Below are positions 11,442-24,789 of a stretch of 64,000 nt of DNA, in pieces; the stretch's first letter is position 1; each line of letters starts with the position of its first letter. The notes under the pieces were generated by a model. It did not search any database. It saw only the letters and a list, made by a program, of their open reading frames with translations, and had not been told where the DNA came from. The stretch comes from Octopus sinensis (Eukaryota), in assembly GCF_006345805.1 (NCBI RefSeq), contig NC_042998.1, forward strand, positions 180,420,001-180,484,000, read 5' to 3'. The position numbers were made by a program, and so were the translations under genes.

Positions 11442-14400
11442 CACACATACGCATGAGATTTTGTTAATATTATATAATTAAAGATAAAAATCAACTGGTC
11501 TTTTCAAAGTTTCGTACCAACAATAAATAATAAGTAAATCGAATTTTCGTAGCTCAGGAAAATATGCCCTATTTCTAAGAATTAATCAGCACTTCTTCGT
11601 CCCAGCCCTTTAACGTCTAATTTGTTTGCAACAAATATATCTGAGTGTAACGTAAATTTTTTTCTATTCAATCGAGGGGGTTACTATGTTCTAAATTCCA
11701 TCTTACAAACACAACACAGGCTACGCTTTCAGGCTTTTGGGATAAAGATTTTAGAAATAACCCAATAGGATTACCAATAATTCCATGAAATATTCACTGG
11801 TCCCGCTAGTTTTACTTAAAGATTCCAAAAATTCACTGAATAACATTGAATGACAGTACAATAAAGATGTCTCAGAGAAGCAAACCAATGAATAATAAGG
11901 GAAGCATTGAAAACCATTTTGTGGAGTTGTTTTTGTTATGGTAAATAGGAAAGATTAACACATCAAATATTCTAACAGTATTCTATTATGATAATTTACT
12001 TTGTTCCGATAACATTCAGTGTCAGCTACTGCGAAAGTTCTATTGAGTGAGGAACCGAACTCATAAATTTATACGAAACCAAATTATAATCTCTTCAGCG
12101 ATCTTTCTTTGCTATATTTCTCTTACCATAATTTGATCTCGATTCATTAAGATATCTGTACTTAAATTCCCTCTTTCTAAACAGTGTTGTATGCCACATG
12201 ACAGCTCTAAAAGCTATATTCTTCAACGACATACTTCGCAACTTTTAATAGCAGATAGGTCGACAAGCAAATATTAAATCTCTTGCTGGTTGACCTATAA
12301 CAAGCTTCAATTGATGGACTAAGAGGTATTCTCGCAATTTTTCAACTGATTTGATTGACTGTTGCACAGGATTCTACCTCTTCAGCGAGCCATTCATTTC
12401 CAATATCATTCAATATATCTAAATATAAGTAAATTAGCTGCCAATTTTGCATTAAGATACGACTATTGAAGATGTAAACACGTGTTTGGAGAGTAAGTAT
12501 TGAACCAGGGGTTAGAACAGATAACAAAGCTGCTGCAACACTCTCAATGCATAAGCACTTTCAACTGTTTCATAATTATATCAAGATATGCAGGTGACAA
12601 TGGAAAACGTTGATAGTGTTAGCTTCAAACAAGCATCCGCGATTTCAGCAAAATGTGTTACTTATTTTCAATAATATACGCTTCACTCTATGAAATGCTC
12701 CATTCCATTTGAATTTCTTGGCACAGGAAATCAGTTTTTATTCTGCCAAAATTCGGTAGCATCTTCCCTTCTCTAAATTTGTGAATTTACATTTCTTTTA
12801 CATTTCAGTAAAAGTCCTACTTCTTTGGCATATTTAAAGCAAATTTTCCAAATTTAAACAATATTCTTTTAATTCCTACTTATATCACGACACCATCAAA
12901 TTTATTCCTTTCAAATATTTTGCAGTTTCTCTAGTTACGCTTAAAAATAATTGGAAGTTTATTCGTTACTCCAGGTGCCAATCTTTTTTAACTACAATTG
13001 GTAGTCGCATAAATTACAAAAGTTCATCATTTGCTTCAGAAATTGTAAATTTTGTTCTCTGGGACGTAATAGTCTTTGATAGTATGCCAAATGATGATCA
13101 ACACTAATGAAATAAGGATTTTCATGAATCTAGCTTAAAACATCCCTAAGTGGGATATGAAATGTATCTAACAGTGTGACTCATAACCGTTGATGTGGAG
13201 TCACCCACTAAATGTTTGTTACCAGAGGTTATTGACTAAAATTCCTGGCCCCCATGGCACCTACGAGCGTATATCTTATTCCCACAGAGAGTATTTCATT
13301 AATTTCCTTTTTAATGAACTTGCGGAAGAAATAGCAACTTATGGACATCACGACAATAGAAATTCCTGTGCTTGATTTAGTGATACTTGACATTTCCATA
13401 GATCTGTAAAATAGTATATCAAATATCTGACCAATACATATATTAGATACACTCCAAGGTAGAAGTTTACCTTTTAATTTAATCTGAAGTGATTAGAATT
13501 TTGATAAAGCAGAGCTTTCCAAAATTACAGAAATATCTATTTCGGGGATAACAAACACTTCTGCGAATGGCAATCATTCGTTTAATTTAGTTTCTCTAAT
13601 TCGCTTTCCACTTATATTTAGCTGGCTTCCATAAATAAATTGCTCCTTTGGACATAATATAGAATATTATTTAATTGCCAGCCTTTTCACAATCTCTTCG
13701 TTACCACAATCAATAAAGTATGGTCGATTGCCGTTAGTTTGATGTTTGATACTGCTAATAACATTGGTTTTCGAGATATTGTTTTTTTCAAAATGCTCCA
13801 TCACATTACATTAAATCATGATATACCAACAACAGAAATTCTCTGCACCCACACAATGTCATTAATGGAGACTAAATACAAGCCTTAGTTAGGATTCAAG
13901 TATATTTCCCCAAAACACCGACATGGAATTTGAGTTATTTATAATAGTAGTATCCATGATACTAATTATAAAGTCTTCAAGTAAGACTTTTCAAACTGAT
14001 GTTTCTTTTTTCCTGTTTTAAGAATTAAAGTAATGTTATGACAACCTGTTTTTGGATTGGCTTACGTAAAGTCTTTGGCAAAACGAACTTAAATGCTTCT
14101 TTCATAAATGGTATGAAACCATTACAATATTTTTATACATTTACGTAAAATAACTGATGAAATCGTTAATAGGTTGTCTAGTACGTTGTTTCGGTGAAAA
14201 TAGTATTCTTCGTTCATTGAGTATACTTTTTGTCTTTTGCTTCAAGTAAATTTAAATGCAATTAAAGTTTTTGCTATTGAATAGTAGATAATGCTATATT
14301 CATACCACTCTTTTGCAATTTTTCAGGTAACTCAATTTATGCACCGGATATGCCTGCAGCATGCCCTGTGTTAAAAGTAATATATTCATTTTTATCTCAC

Positions 14401-16129
14401 TCGTTTTCATGTCTGAGATATCTATAATAAATTTAAGATATCTTTCAAAGTGGATAAAAAATCTATGAAAACCTTTTGCAGAAATATTATGTCATTTAAT
14501 GATGTCATTGTTGATCATGAATAGCTTTTATGCAGGACTTTCTAAAGTAGATCTCGAGTAACACAAGGGTTCTGTAAAAAATTTCATCGTGATAAGGTGG
14601 TTGAATAAAAGTTCTAAAAATCTATTTTACATAAAACTTAATATATTCACCATTTTGAAAATACCACATTTTTATATCTTTTTATGTGAATAATTTCCAT
14701 CTCTAAAATATATTTTGTATTATCTAATGCCTTATTAATATTCTGATCGTAGTTATCGTCTGTTGCTTCTACGAGTTTTGCAACGCGTATAAAAATTCCG
14801 CCACAAAATAGTCTGAGAATCAATGATCTAGAAGTTTAAACTTGTCCAAATGCTTCATTTTCAAGATGCAACACCTATACAAGCTGAATTGTGCACACCA
14901 GACTTCAGCGACCAAATAAATAGAAAGTACAGGCTAGTAGAAAGAACAGTTAACTCTCGCAAGAGCATTTGGGATTTTCTAATTCTAGTGTTAGTGCTTA
15001 TCAAAATAATATAGAAAAGCATTTGCTTTTGTATACCCCGAAATGATGGACAACAAATTTGGTTTTGGTGAAAATTCAATTCAGAACGTAATGATATTTT
15101 GTCTGACACTCGTACAGTTACGCACACCTACACTCCTTGAAATTATCATAAACCAAGAGGGATCTGAACTAAGAATGATATTAAATAATAAGATATTAAA
15201 CAAGATTAACTACAATGAATCAAAAATAGAATTATCTTTTTCAGATCTCAAATAAATGTTTCGTTTAATTCTGATATAAGAGATTATTTTCTTAAAAGCC
15301 AGAGCTGAAGAGCTAAAAATCCGGAATCGATAATATAAAACATACTATCAACAGATGTTCTTATACACAGTTACCGCGATATTTACCGCAACCCAATGTA
15401 GTAGGTTGCTGTGCCTAAAAAAAAAAAGAAATCATTCACAAACATATATTTGCATGACACACATTCATATGTATGCATGTCAAATTGAGAGCATGCAGAA
15501 TTTATTGGCCAGTCGCCTCCACATTTCCCTTTCCTCTATCATCTCCGCAAATGTATGTTTATCAAGGCATGTGTCTTCTTGTATCTGATTCACAAACACA
15601 CACAAATGTACGTTACACATACTCAAAAACATGCGTATAACACTTTCATGTAAACATATTTATAATATGTGAACATTTTGCTTCAAACGAATCTGGTAGA
15701 ATTTAGTTTTTACATTGAATTTCATTACACACAGCTGTCATGAGCTTTCCTCTGTATTAGTTTAATCACATGTGAAGCAGCTAAATAAATATCCACGCTA
15801 TTATTCAATAATAGCACAATATTTAACATCTTTCATTAGCTGAAAACCTCGTGAGTTTGGGTGATGGAAAATTAAACAGAGATATATATTCATGGGAATG
15901 TGTGTGTGTCTGTTCTTAACAGACATATTTCCAGAATTTAATAAATATTTCATTCCCGCAAAAGATGATTCTCTAGTAGAAAAGTGATATAAGGTTTCTC
16001 GAATTGTTTGTTGGTCTCGATAGCACTGCATGATTTTAAAAGATGTATCAAGGCCACTCTGTGTAAATGCTTAACAGGTTTGCAAATCGAACTTGCTGTC
16101 ATCTTGTTGGTTAAGACTAGGTATGTGAA

Positions 16130-16246
16130 TATACATGCATACACATAAACATACATAAATGCATGCATACATCCTTACATACATATGAACATACATACAT
16201 ATACACATGCATGTATACATAAATACATACATTCATACATACATGC

Positions 16247-16283
<37 letters not shown>

Positions 16284-16488
16284 TAAAACATACATTCATA
16301 CATACATGTATGCAAATATGCATATAGACATCCATGCATACATATATACATACATGCATACATACATACATACATACATACATACATACATACATACATA
16401 CATGCATACATACATACATACATACATACATACATACATACATACATACATACATACATACATACATACATACATACTTATGTACATA
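16130..16488. repeat. (TACA)n-dominated microsatellite directly upstream of R4-like copy 1
   Basis: Direct reading. Confidence 0.9.
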
Positions 16489-16915
16489 AATGTACCACAA
16501 CAGGCCTGATATAGTGACTTGGGATATAGAACAGAAACTGTGTACAGTTGTCGAAATTAGCTGCCCTGCGGATGTTAACAAAACTGAAGATCAGTGGAAA
16601 ACCGAATACCTGCGCTGAACTATTGAGAAATCTGCAGTTACTTTATCAAGATTGCAAATTCAGGTATATACCTGTAATTAGTGGAGCCCTGAGATATGTA
16701 ACACACTGCTTAATAACAATATTGAGAAATTAGGATTCTCAAACCTAGAATGGAGAAAGGTAATTCGGAGACTACAGATCGAATCTATCACTGGAACTGT
16801 AAAAATTTGTAAAACTTTCCAAAAGTTTATAATTTAAATGCAAGTGAGGCTGTCTAGATATGGAACTATATGCATGAGAATACATACATAAAACAAAATA
16901 TACACATCTGAACAT
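16489..16915 (+). mobile_element. R4/Dong-like non-LTR retrotransposon, 5'-truncated copy 1 (RLE domain + 3' UTR)
   Basis: Translates HNRPDIVTWDIEQKLCTVVEISCPADVN..., with frameshifts, to ...RRLQIESITGTVKICKTFQKF; PD-(D/E)xK-type RLE motif; followed by (TACA)n. Confidence 0.8.
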
Positions 16916-17086
16916 ATACATACACACACACATACATACATACATACATACATACATGCATACATACATACATACATACATACATACATACACACATTCA
17001 TACATACATACATACACACACATACATACATACATACATACATACATACATACATACATACATACATACATACATACATACTTACA

Positions 17087-17794
17087 TATAATGAAATCTG
17101 TCGGAAGAATAATCTCGAAGACAAAGAAATATGAACCCATAATATGGTAGAAGTCATAGCCACTCATAATGAAAAAGAATACTGATGGAATGTACCAGTA
17201 AAGACCTCAGTAAAATGTAAGCACAACAGACCTGATATAATGATTTGGGATAGAGAATAGAAACTGTGTGCAGTTGCTGAAATTAGCTGCCCATCGGTTA
17301 TTTACATAAAGAGAAAGATCAGTGAAAAAGATAACACCTATGCTGAACAATTAAGAAATCAGCAGTTACTCTATCCAGGTTACAATTTCAAGTTTATAGC
17401 TGTAATTGTTGGGGAACTGGGATATGCAACACATTGCCCTAATACCAATCTTGAGAAATTATACTTCTCAAAACCAGAAAGGAAAAAGCTAATTCGAAGA
17501 CTACAGATCCAATCCATCATTAGAACTGTAAAAACGTGTAAAACTTTCCAGAAGTTTATCATTTAAGGATATATAAGCATTTCGAGATACGCAACTATAT
17601 GCATGAGAATACATACATAAAACAAATATATCTGCACATACATACATACATACATATACATACATACATACATACATACATACAAAAGTACCCTATTGTT
17701 CATGTTGAAATTCCAATAAAGAAGCTATGAATCTAGGTTAGAAATCGGCTCTTTCTTTATTGGCAAGAAATCTTGAAATAAAACTGGACAATGA
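17087..17794 (+). mobile_element. R4/Dong-like non-LTR retrotransposon, 5'-truncated copy 2 with complete two-part 3' UTR
   Basis: Frame 17087-17566 with 3 internal stops: YNEICRK...WNVPVKTSVKCKHNRPDIMIWDRE*KLCAVAEISCP...KISEKDNTYAEQL...IVGELGY...KLIRRLQIQSIIRTVKTCKTFQKFII*. Then UTR, internal (TACA)n, terminal module 17684-17794, and a (CATA)n tail. Confidence 0.85.
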
Positions 17795-17920
17795 CATACA
17801 TGCATGCATGCATGCATACATACATACATATATACATACATACATACATACATACATACATACATGCATACATACATGTATACATACATACATACATACA
17901 TACATACATACATACATACA

Positions 17921-17954
<34 letters not shown>

Positions 17955-18118
17955 CATACATGCATAAGGACACATATAGGCTTTGCAAAATCGAAGGTAT
18001 AGTCTGGAACAGAATAAGACAAAAGGAGAGATGAAGTTGAGAGATGAAGGAGAGATGAAGTTGGATCAAAGAATACTAGTAGAACTTAAAAATTACAACA
18101 GACACAACATTTATGCAA

Positions 18119-18235
18119 AATCAGCCATATATTATGGTATGGGACCTTGAGAAAAAATATGCTCTCTTATGGATATCAGCTGCTCTCTGGTCATCAGTAT
18201 AGTCAGAAAACCCGAGATGAAATTAGGTTCTTGGA
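18119..18235 (+). mobile_element. Older, more diverged RLE fragment of an R4-like LINE
   Basis: NQPYIMVWDLEKK, then a frameshift to ICSLMDISCSLVISIVRK, paralleling NRPDIMIWDRE.KLCAVAEISCP in copy 2. Confidence 0.5.
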
Positions 18236-19959
18236 GAGAAAATGCAACTCCCTATACAGACTTGTACCAACATGGAATGGCTGGTATGTTCTATTTGGAC
18301 CATAATCACTGCCCAAACGTGAAGTTTCAACGACGTGTAAAGTAATGCATTGGTTCCATGACACAGCTGTACCGTTAATATTTATCTGTAACACCCTACA
18401 TTACTGCAAATATAATGCACATAAATTCATCCTGTTATTCACTCACGCTAGTAAACCTCTTCCCTCTCCAAACGTAGATCACATTGAAGAGAAGTATAAA
18501 AAACTGCAAGTCAATTTAAACATTTAAAGGATAATTAACAACGTTGCCCTTATGCAGGTGGTTAGTTAAAAAGAACTTTAGGTTTAAAAGAGGAAACGAG
18601 AATAATGTTTATGCATATAAAAAGGATTTAAACGCAGTGAAAAACCCAAAGCATTTCAACCTCTCTAATGTAGACAAAATACGCAAAGGCACTCAATAAT
18701 TACTTAACAATAAGTTAGGTTATCTAAGGCTACGGCATCCGTTTACATGATAAATATAGAACAGAATTAAGAAGTGGCACTTGAAAGTCACATAAAACAA
18801 GTTTATTAAAAAAATATTTCTGACACAGACGTGTCTTGTTTCTACCAATCTCACTTGCGACTTAGTTAGTCAGCTAGCTTAGACAAACAACACATCATCA
18901 TTCGATATTACTTTGCAAATACCTCATGTTTTTTTTTTTTCATTGCAAGAGCTTACTCATCTCAGAAAGTATTGCGTCTACAGCAGAGAATCTTCTCACA
19001 GAACAGTATCCTTAAATCTGTCAAATGGACGACGTCTGCAGTGCAAATGACTCTTGCACAACTGGCAATAATGATATATGAGAGTGCATGCGTGTGTGTA
19101 TGCATATGTGTGTGTGCGTGAGTGTGTGTGTGTGTGCGTGTGTGTGTGTGTGTATTTTGCACTGTTGATGAGTTCAAAGTCGTTTGTGAATTTCTGTTTT
19201 TTAACACGTGTGATAATGAAAATTCCTGAATGACACAACGAGATCCTGGCACCTGATTTTTCATTATAGACAAATAATACACGTTCCTTGAACTGAACAT
19301 TTTCCTCAAAGTAAAAATAATGTCAGAGGAACAATAAACATATTTGTAATATTGACCAAGTATCGAAGACTTTCTCTGCCGTTCAACAGCACACACAAGC
19401 TTACTTGTACGTGCTGAATGAAGAAAGCGAGATAAAAGACAAAAGCGAGACAGATTTAATTAGACGTGTGTTAGTGAACTGGAGTTTACTTACAACTAAT
19501 ACACACACAAACACACACACTTACAAATGTAAACGAAGAACAACATGCAAATGTAAACCTTCTTATTGATTCCCCTTCTTCAATAAAAAGTCTTAGAGGC
19601 ATAAAAGCTAGTTTTGATACCATCAGTAATCCAATCCGGAACTGTTCTCTCTCCACTTAGGAATTAAAACTTTCTTCCATTGATTATTTTTCTCTCCCAC
19701 TCGCCTCCTCTTTTCCAACTGCTTTTTCAGCTCCTCTCCTTAATCTCCCCCCCCCCGATTGCAGGCGGTTACATCTGAATGAACAAATCATCGATAATTA
19801 GTTCTGTCTCTGATCTTCCTACCTAACAAAAATCAAAGATGGTATTTTTGTACATTTTTTTATGTGCACATAAGAGAAATGCTTTCGTTTTTGTAAAATG
19901 GGCTTCGTATACACACACACACACACACACATAAGTGTGTGTATGTATATAAATATGCA

Positions 19960-21310
19960 CGTATATATGTATGAATGTATACATACACATAGTTATGTGC
20001 TTACATATATATATATATGTGTGTGTGCGTGGGGGGCGTGTGTGTGTATCTATGTATGTATGTATATGTAAATATGCACGTATATATGTATAAATGTATA
20101 CATATACATAGATATGTGCATACATATATATGTATATGTGTTGGGGGAGGCGTGTGTGTGTATCCATGTATGTATGTATATGTAAATATGTACGTATATA
20201 TGTATAAATGTATACATATATATAGATATATGCATACATATATATGTATATGTGTTGGGAGAGGCGTGTGTGTGTATCCATGATGTATTATATTAAATAT
20301 GTACGTATATATGTATAAATGTATACATATACATAGATATATGCATACATATATATGTATATGTGTGGGGGGATGCGTGTGTGTGTATCCATGTATGTAT
20401 GTATATGTAAATATGTACGTATATATGTATAAATGTATACATATATATAGATATATGCATACATATATATGTATATGTGTTGGGGGAGGCGTGTGTGTGT
20501 ATCCATGTATGTATGTATATGTAAATATGTACGTATATATGTATAAATGTATACATATATATAGATATATGCATACATATATATGTAATGTGTTGGGGAG
20601 GCGTGTGTGTGTATCCATGTATGTATGTATATGTAAAATATATACGTATATATGTATAAATGTATACATATATATAGATATATGCATACATATCTATGTA
20701 TATGTGTGGGGGGATGCGTGTGTGTGTATCTATGTATGTATGTATATGTAAAATGTACGTATATATGTATAATGTATACATATATATAGATATATGCATA
20801 CATATATATGTATATGTGTTGGGGGAGGCGTGTGTGTGTATCCATGTATGTATGTATATGTAAATATGTACGTATATATGTATAAATGTATACATATATA
20901 TAGATATATGCATACATATATATGTATATGTGTTGGGGGAGGCGTGTGTGTGTATCCATGTATGTATGTATATGTAAATATGTACGTATATATGTATAAA
21001 TGTATACATATATATAGATATATGCATACATATATATGTATATGTGTTGGGGGAGGCGTGTGTGTGTATCCATGTATGTATGTATATGTAAATATGCACG
21101 TATATATGTATAAATGTATACATATACATAGATATGTGCATACATATATGTATATGTGTTGGGAGAGGTTGTGGTGTGTATCCATGTATGTATGTATATG
21201 TAAATATGTACGTATATATGTATAAATGTATACATATATATAGATATATGCATACATATATATGTATATGTGTGGGGGGATGCGTGTGTGTTGTATCTAT
21301 GTATGTATGT
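19960..21310. repeat. Minisatellite, about 12 units of ~114 bp
   Basis: The G-run marker tgggggaggc recurs at 20820, 20934 and 21048 (period 114); variants near 20031, 20142, 20256, 20367, 20481, 20594, 20707, 21160 and 21273. Confidence 0.95.
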
Positions 21311-21499
21311 ATCTATATGTGTGCGCATGTATGTATAGTCAAAGCCACACATGTGTATGCATGTGTGTGTGTGTGTGTTCGTATTCATGTGTAAGATTCT
21401 TGTCGATCTTTCCTTATCTCGTAATTTCTAGATTTTTTTCTCAATATTTTATCATTATATCGTCATCGCCATCATAACCAGCATGTTCAATATTGATGC

Positions 21500-21755
21500 C
21501 CTGTTGATGCAACAGCCACCAAAACTATGGATTTCAATATCATCATCGAACATTTTCGGCAGCCATTTTGATCCATTTCTTTCATTAATCTATTGCAGTT
21601 TGCATTGAATACCACACACACACACACACGCGCGCACACGCACACAGACACACGCACACACATATTTCCTTTCAGGGCAATTTCGCTGCAACAACCAGTG
21701 GGGAGTTTCTCTCGCTCAGATATATTTTCTTTATTTTGTTTCAGTTTATTCTCTT
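21500..21755. repeat. Diverged duplicate A of 26945-27160
   Basis: ttgatgcaacagccaccaaaactatggatttc...taatctattgcagtttgcattga...ttcagggcaatttcgctgcaacaaccagtg aligns with the 27-kb copy (roughly 70-75% by eye), with a CA microsatellite inserted. Confidence 0.75.
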
Positions 21756-21824
21756 ATAGTTATACTATATGTTTCCATGCACATACACACTTATGTATTT
21801 AGGGATAGAGGAAGGGAATTGTGT

Positions 21825-21909
21825 GTACGTTTGTATGTATGTATGTATGTATGTATATCTATGTATCTATTTATCTATCTATCTATCTATCTATCTATCT
21901 CTCTATCTC

Positions 21910-21973
<64 letters not shown>

Positions 21974-22039
21974 CCTATCTACCTATCTACCTATCTACCG
22001 ATCTATCTATCTATATAACCGTGGGTTATCTCATATATA

Positions 22040-22080
<41 letters not shown>

Positions 22081-22359
22081 GTATGTATGGATGTATGTAT
22101 GTATGTATGTATGTATGTATGTATGTATGCATGTATGTATGTATATATGTATGTATGCATGTATGTATATATATATATATATATGTATGTATACACATAC
22201 ATATAGATATACAGACATACATACATACATACATGCATACATACAGTATAGAGACAGACATAAAAACAGATAAACAGACAAACACAGATAAAAGGCTAGG
22301 CGGATACAGAGAGACAGATAGGCAGACGAACAGACATACAGATTGAAAGACAGAGAGAC

Positions 22360-22439
<80 letters not shown>

Positions 22440-22450
22440 GATAGATAGAT
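21825..22450. repeat. Compound (TATG)n/(TCTA)n/(TA)n/(GATA)n block
   Basis: Direct reading. Confidence 0.9.
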
Positions 22451-23895
22451 ATTACTATACTGGCATATTGGTATCAGGAAGCATTTTGTTGTGACTTCTA
22501 ATCAGATGAAGAGACATTGATCTACGTAATACATTTATTTCAAGGCTGAAAAGACTAGAATACGATCATTGCCTCTAGAATACTAAAACTGATTTCACAA
22601 AACAGCGCGGATAACTCAAACCATAACAAACGTGTGGTGTTGCAGCGAATGATCTGGGAAGTAACACATGTTAAAGAAGGTTATAATGCTATGATAACAT
22701 GTTTTTGCAGGAGCGCATAGTTTGCTATCTGTCGTACAGAAATTCATTCCTTAAATTCGACTTCAATCAAGATTGAAGGCCACCATAAGCCAAAGTAACA
22801 GGGTACTGATTAAAAGGTTTAACGTTTATTTTATTGACATCATACAGTGCACCTTCTTACTCTACGTCCTTGTCATGAAAATGTTATATAATTGCAACAG
22901 CATTAAAAACAAACTTTTCCATGACAAAACCATATATCACTCGACAGCTCAGTTCACTTGACTTAAATATTTACCCACGGTTATGTTTATATCTATACTA
23001 AAATAAACAATAAAATATGTTGTATATGCGTAACACCCTCAATAATGGTTCGCCAGGGTTACTTGCCCTTGACATGGTCTACGAAAGTGAGATTATTATT
23101 GATGCTGTATGTATAAATGAGCGACGGGGCTTCTACAAGAGAGCGGGGTTTATAAGAAATGTACTCTGGGAATCGTTCTAAGGGAAAGGAAAAATATCTC
23201 TTAATGGAAATATTTATGTCGCAGTCATAACTTATTAAGAGGTTAGCTTATCTCTATAATGCCGTCTCTCTCTCTCTCTCTCGCTCTTTCATACACACAC
23301 ACACACACACACACATATACATGTACAGTGTAAGTTTTACTTAGACATTCATAAATTCTACGTGAACATTATGTTCTTATTGAAGACAGGTGTAATCCCA
23401 CACTTAAAAACAACTCGTTACGAATAAAAAATATGTCCACTTGAAATCTGGATACAATAGGCATAAGATAAAATAATTATTTTCATGAATTCAGTCCCTG
23501 GATTGTGAGCAGCTCTTCCAAGTGTATAATCAATTATATCGACACTAGTACTGAAATGGTATTTAGATTATTGACCTACGTGAGATAAAATACTGAGTCA
23601 ACGTGGGTGGTTTATAAATATTGTAAGTAACGAACCGTAACCAAATAATGCAACATATTTTATCTAAAGATCTTCCGAAACTTCTCTCTATCTCTCATCA
23701 TTTTCAGCGCATAATGTAGTTTATTTGTATTTATATTTCTGCATACAATGGTTTTCACAGACTTAGCTGAGAGTTACCTTCACATCCACGTGGTTACTAC
23801 TACGATCCAACTGCATTGCATATATAATAGTAAGATTTGGGCTGAAAGTAATGCGTGTATATGTATGTAAGTATGTATGTATGCATGTATATATA

Positions 23896-24771
23896 TCTTT
23901 ATATATATAATACTGAGAATGTGTGTTTGTCTGTCTGTCTGTCTGTGTGTTTCCCTAAAACTTGAGAACTACACAACTAATTTCATTCAAATTTTACATA
24001 TGCCTTACTTAGGGTCCGGGAAGTGTCATCGGCAAAAATACATTTAACTTTTTGCCTAGGGCGAGCCCACACCATTATCATATCTTCTCCACTACGATTC
24101 CCTAAAACTTGAGAACTACGCAACCAATTTCATTCAAATTTTACACATGCCTTACTTAGGGTCCATGTAGTTTCATGGGCAAAAAAAATGTTCAACTTCT
24201 TGCCTAGAGCGAGCCCATAGCAATATCATATCTTCTCCACTATTTCAGTATTACGTGTTAAAAGTGAAACAAAAATACTTCTCTATTTTATGCTTTCACT
24301 TTAACAGTAAAAAAATAATAACAATTGAATTATATGTAGTAAGTAATAATTAAAATCAAACTAAAGTATAATATAATCGTAACATACAAAAGTAAAAATA
24401 GCAATTGGTATAAAATTGCATCAATGATTTGAACTTGAATAAGTGGTTTCACATGAATGGGAATAAATTAAAAATAAAATTAGCGTGCAGAAATGGAATA
24501 GTCCAGATGGATAATAAAAAATTAAATTAAAGAAAAGACTATTGTCTATAAAGTATACAATGTAGAGAAAAAAGAAGAGCTAACAATTCCAGTCTGTTAT
24601 ATATTTTGAGTATTGTTATCACTAGCGATATCAAGATATAACTTTGTAATTTGCATTTTATGTGTAGATGTATATATATATATAGATATACATGTAATAT
24701 GTACACATATATATACACATATATAGATGCACTAGCACTATGACCCGGCAACGACGGGTCTTTTATTCTAG
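23896..24771 (+). mobile_element. Non-autonomous Helitron-like element with internal 147-bp tandem duplication
   Basis: 5' A|TCTTTATATATATAATAC...(tgtc)n; duplicated 23951-24094 / 24098-24242; hairpin gacccg-gcaacga-cgggtc at 24742-24760, then CTAG|T at 24768-24771. That the two ends belong to one element is inferred. Confidence 0.55.
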
Positions 24772-24789
24772 TATGTATATATGTGGTCT

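Noticed and set aside
19960-21310. CRISPR-like regular array
   Set aside because: Units are near-identical with no unique spacers, the context is eukaryotic, and there are no cas genes.
20288-21388. 366-aa and 282-aa repeat ORFs
   Set aside because: They arise from the 114-bp (multiple of 3) minisatellite; indels shift frames between units and the composition is pure simple repeat.
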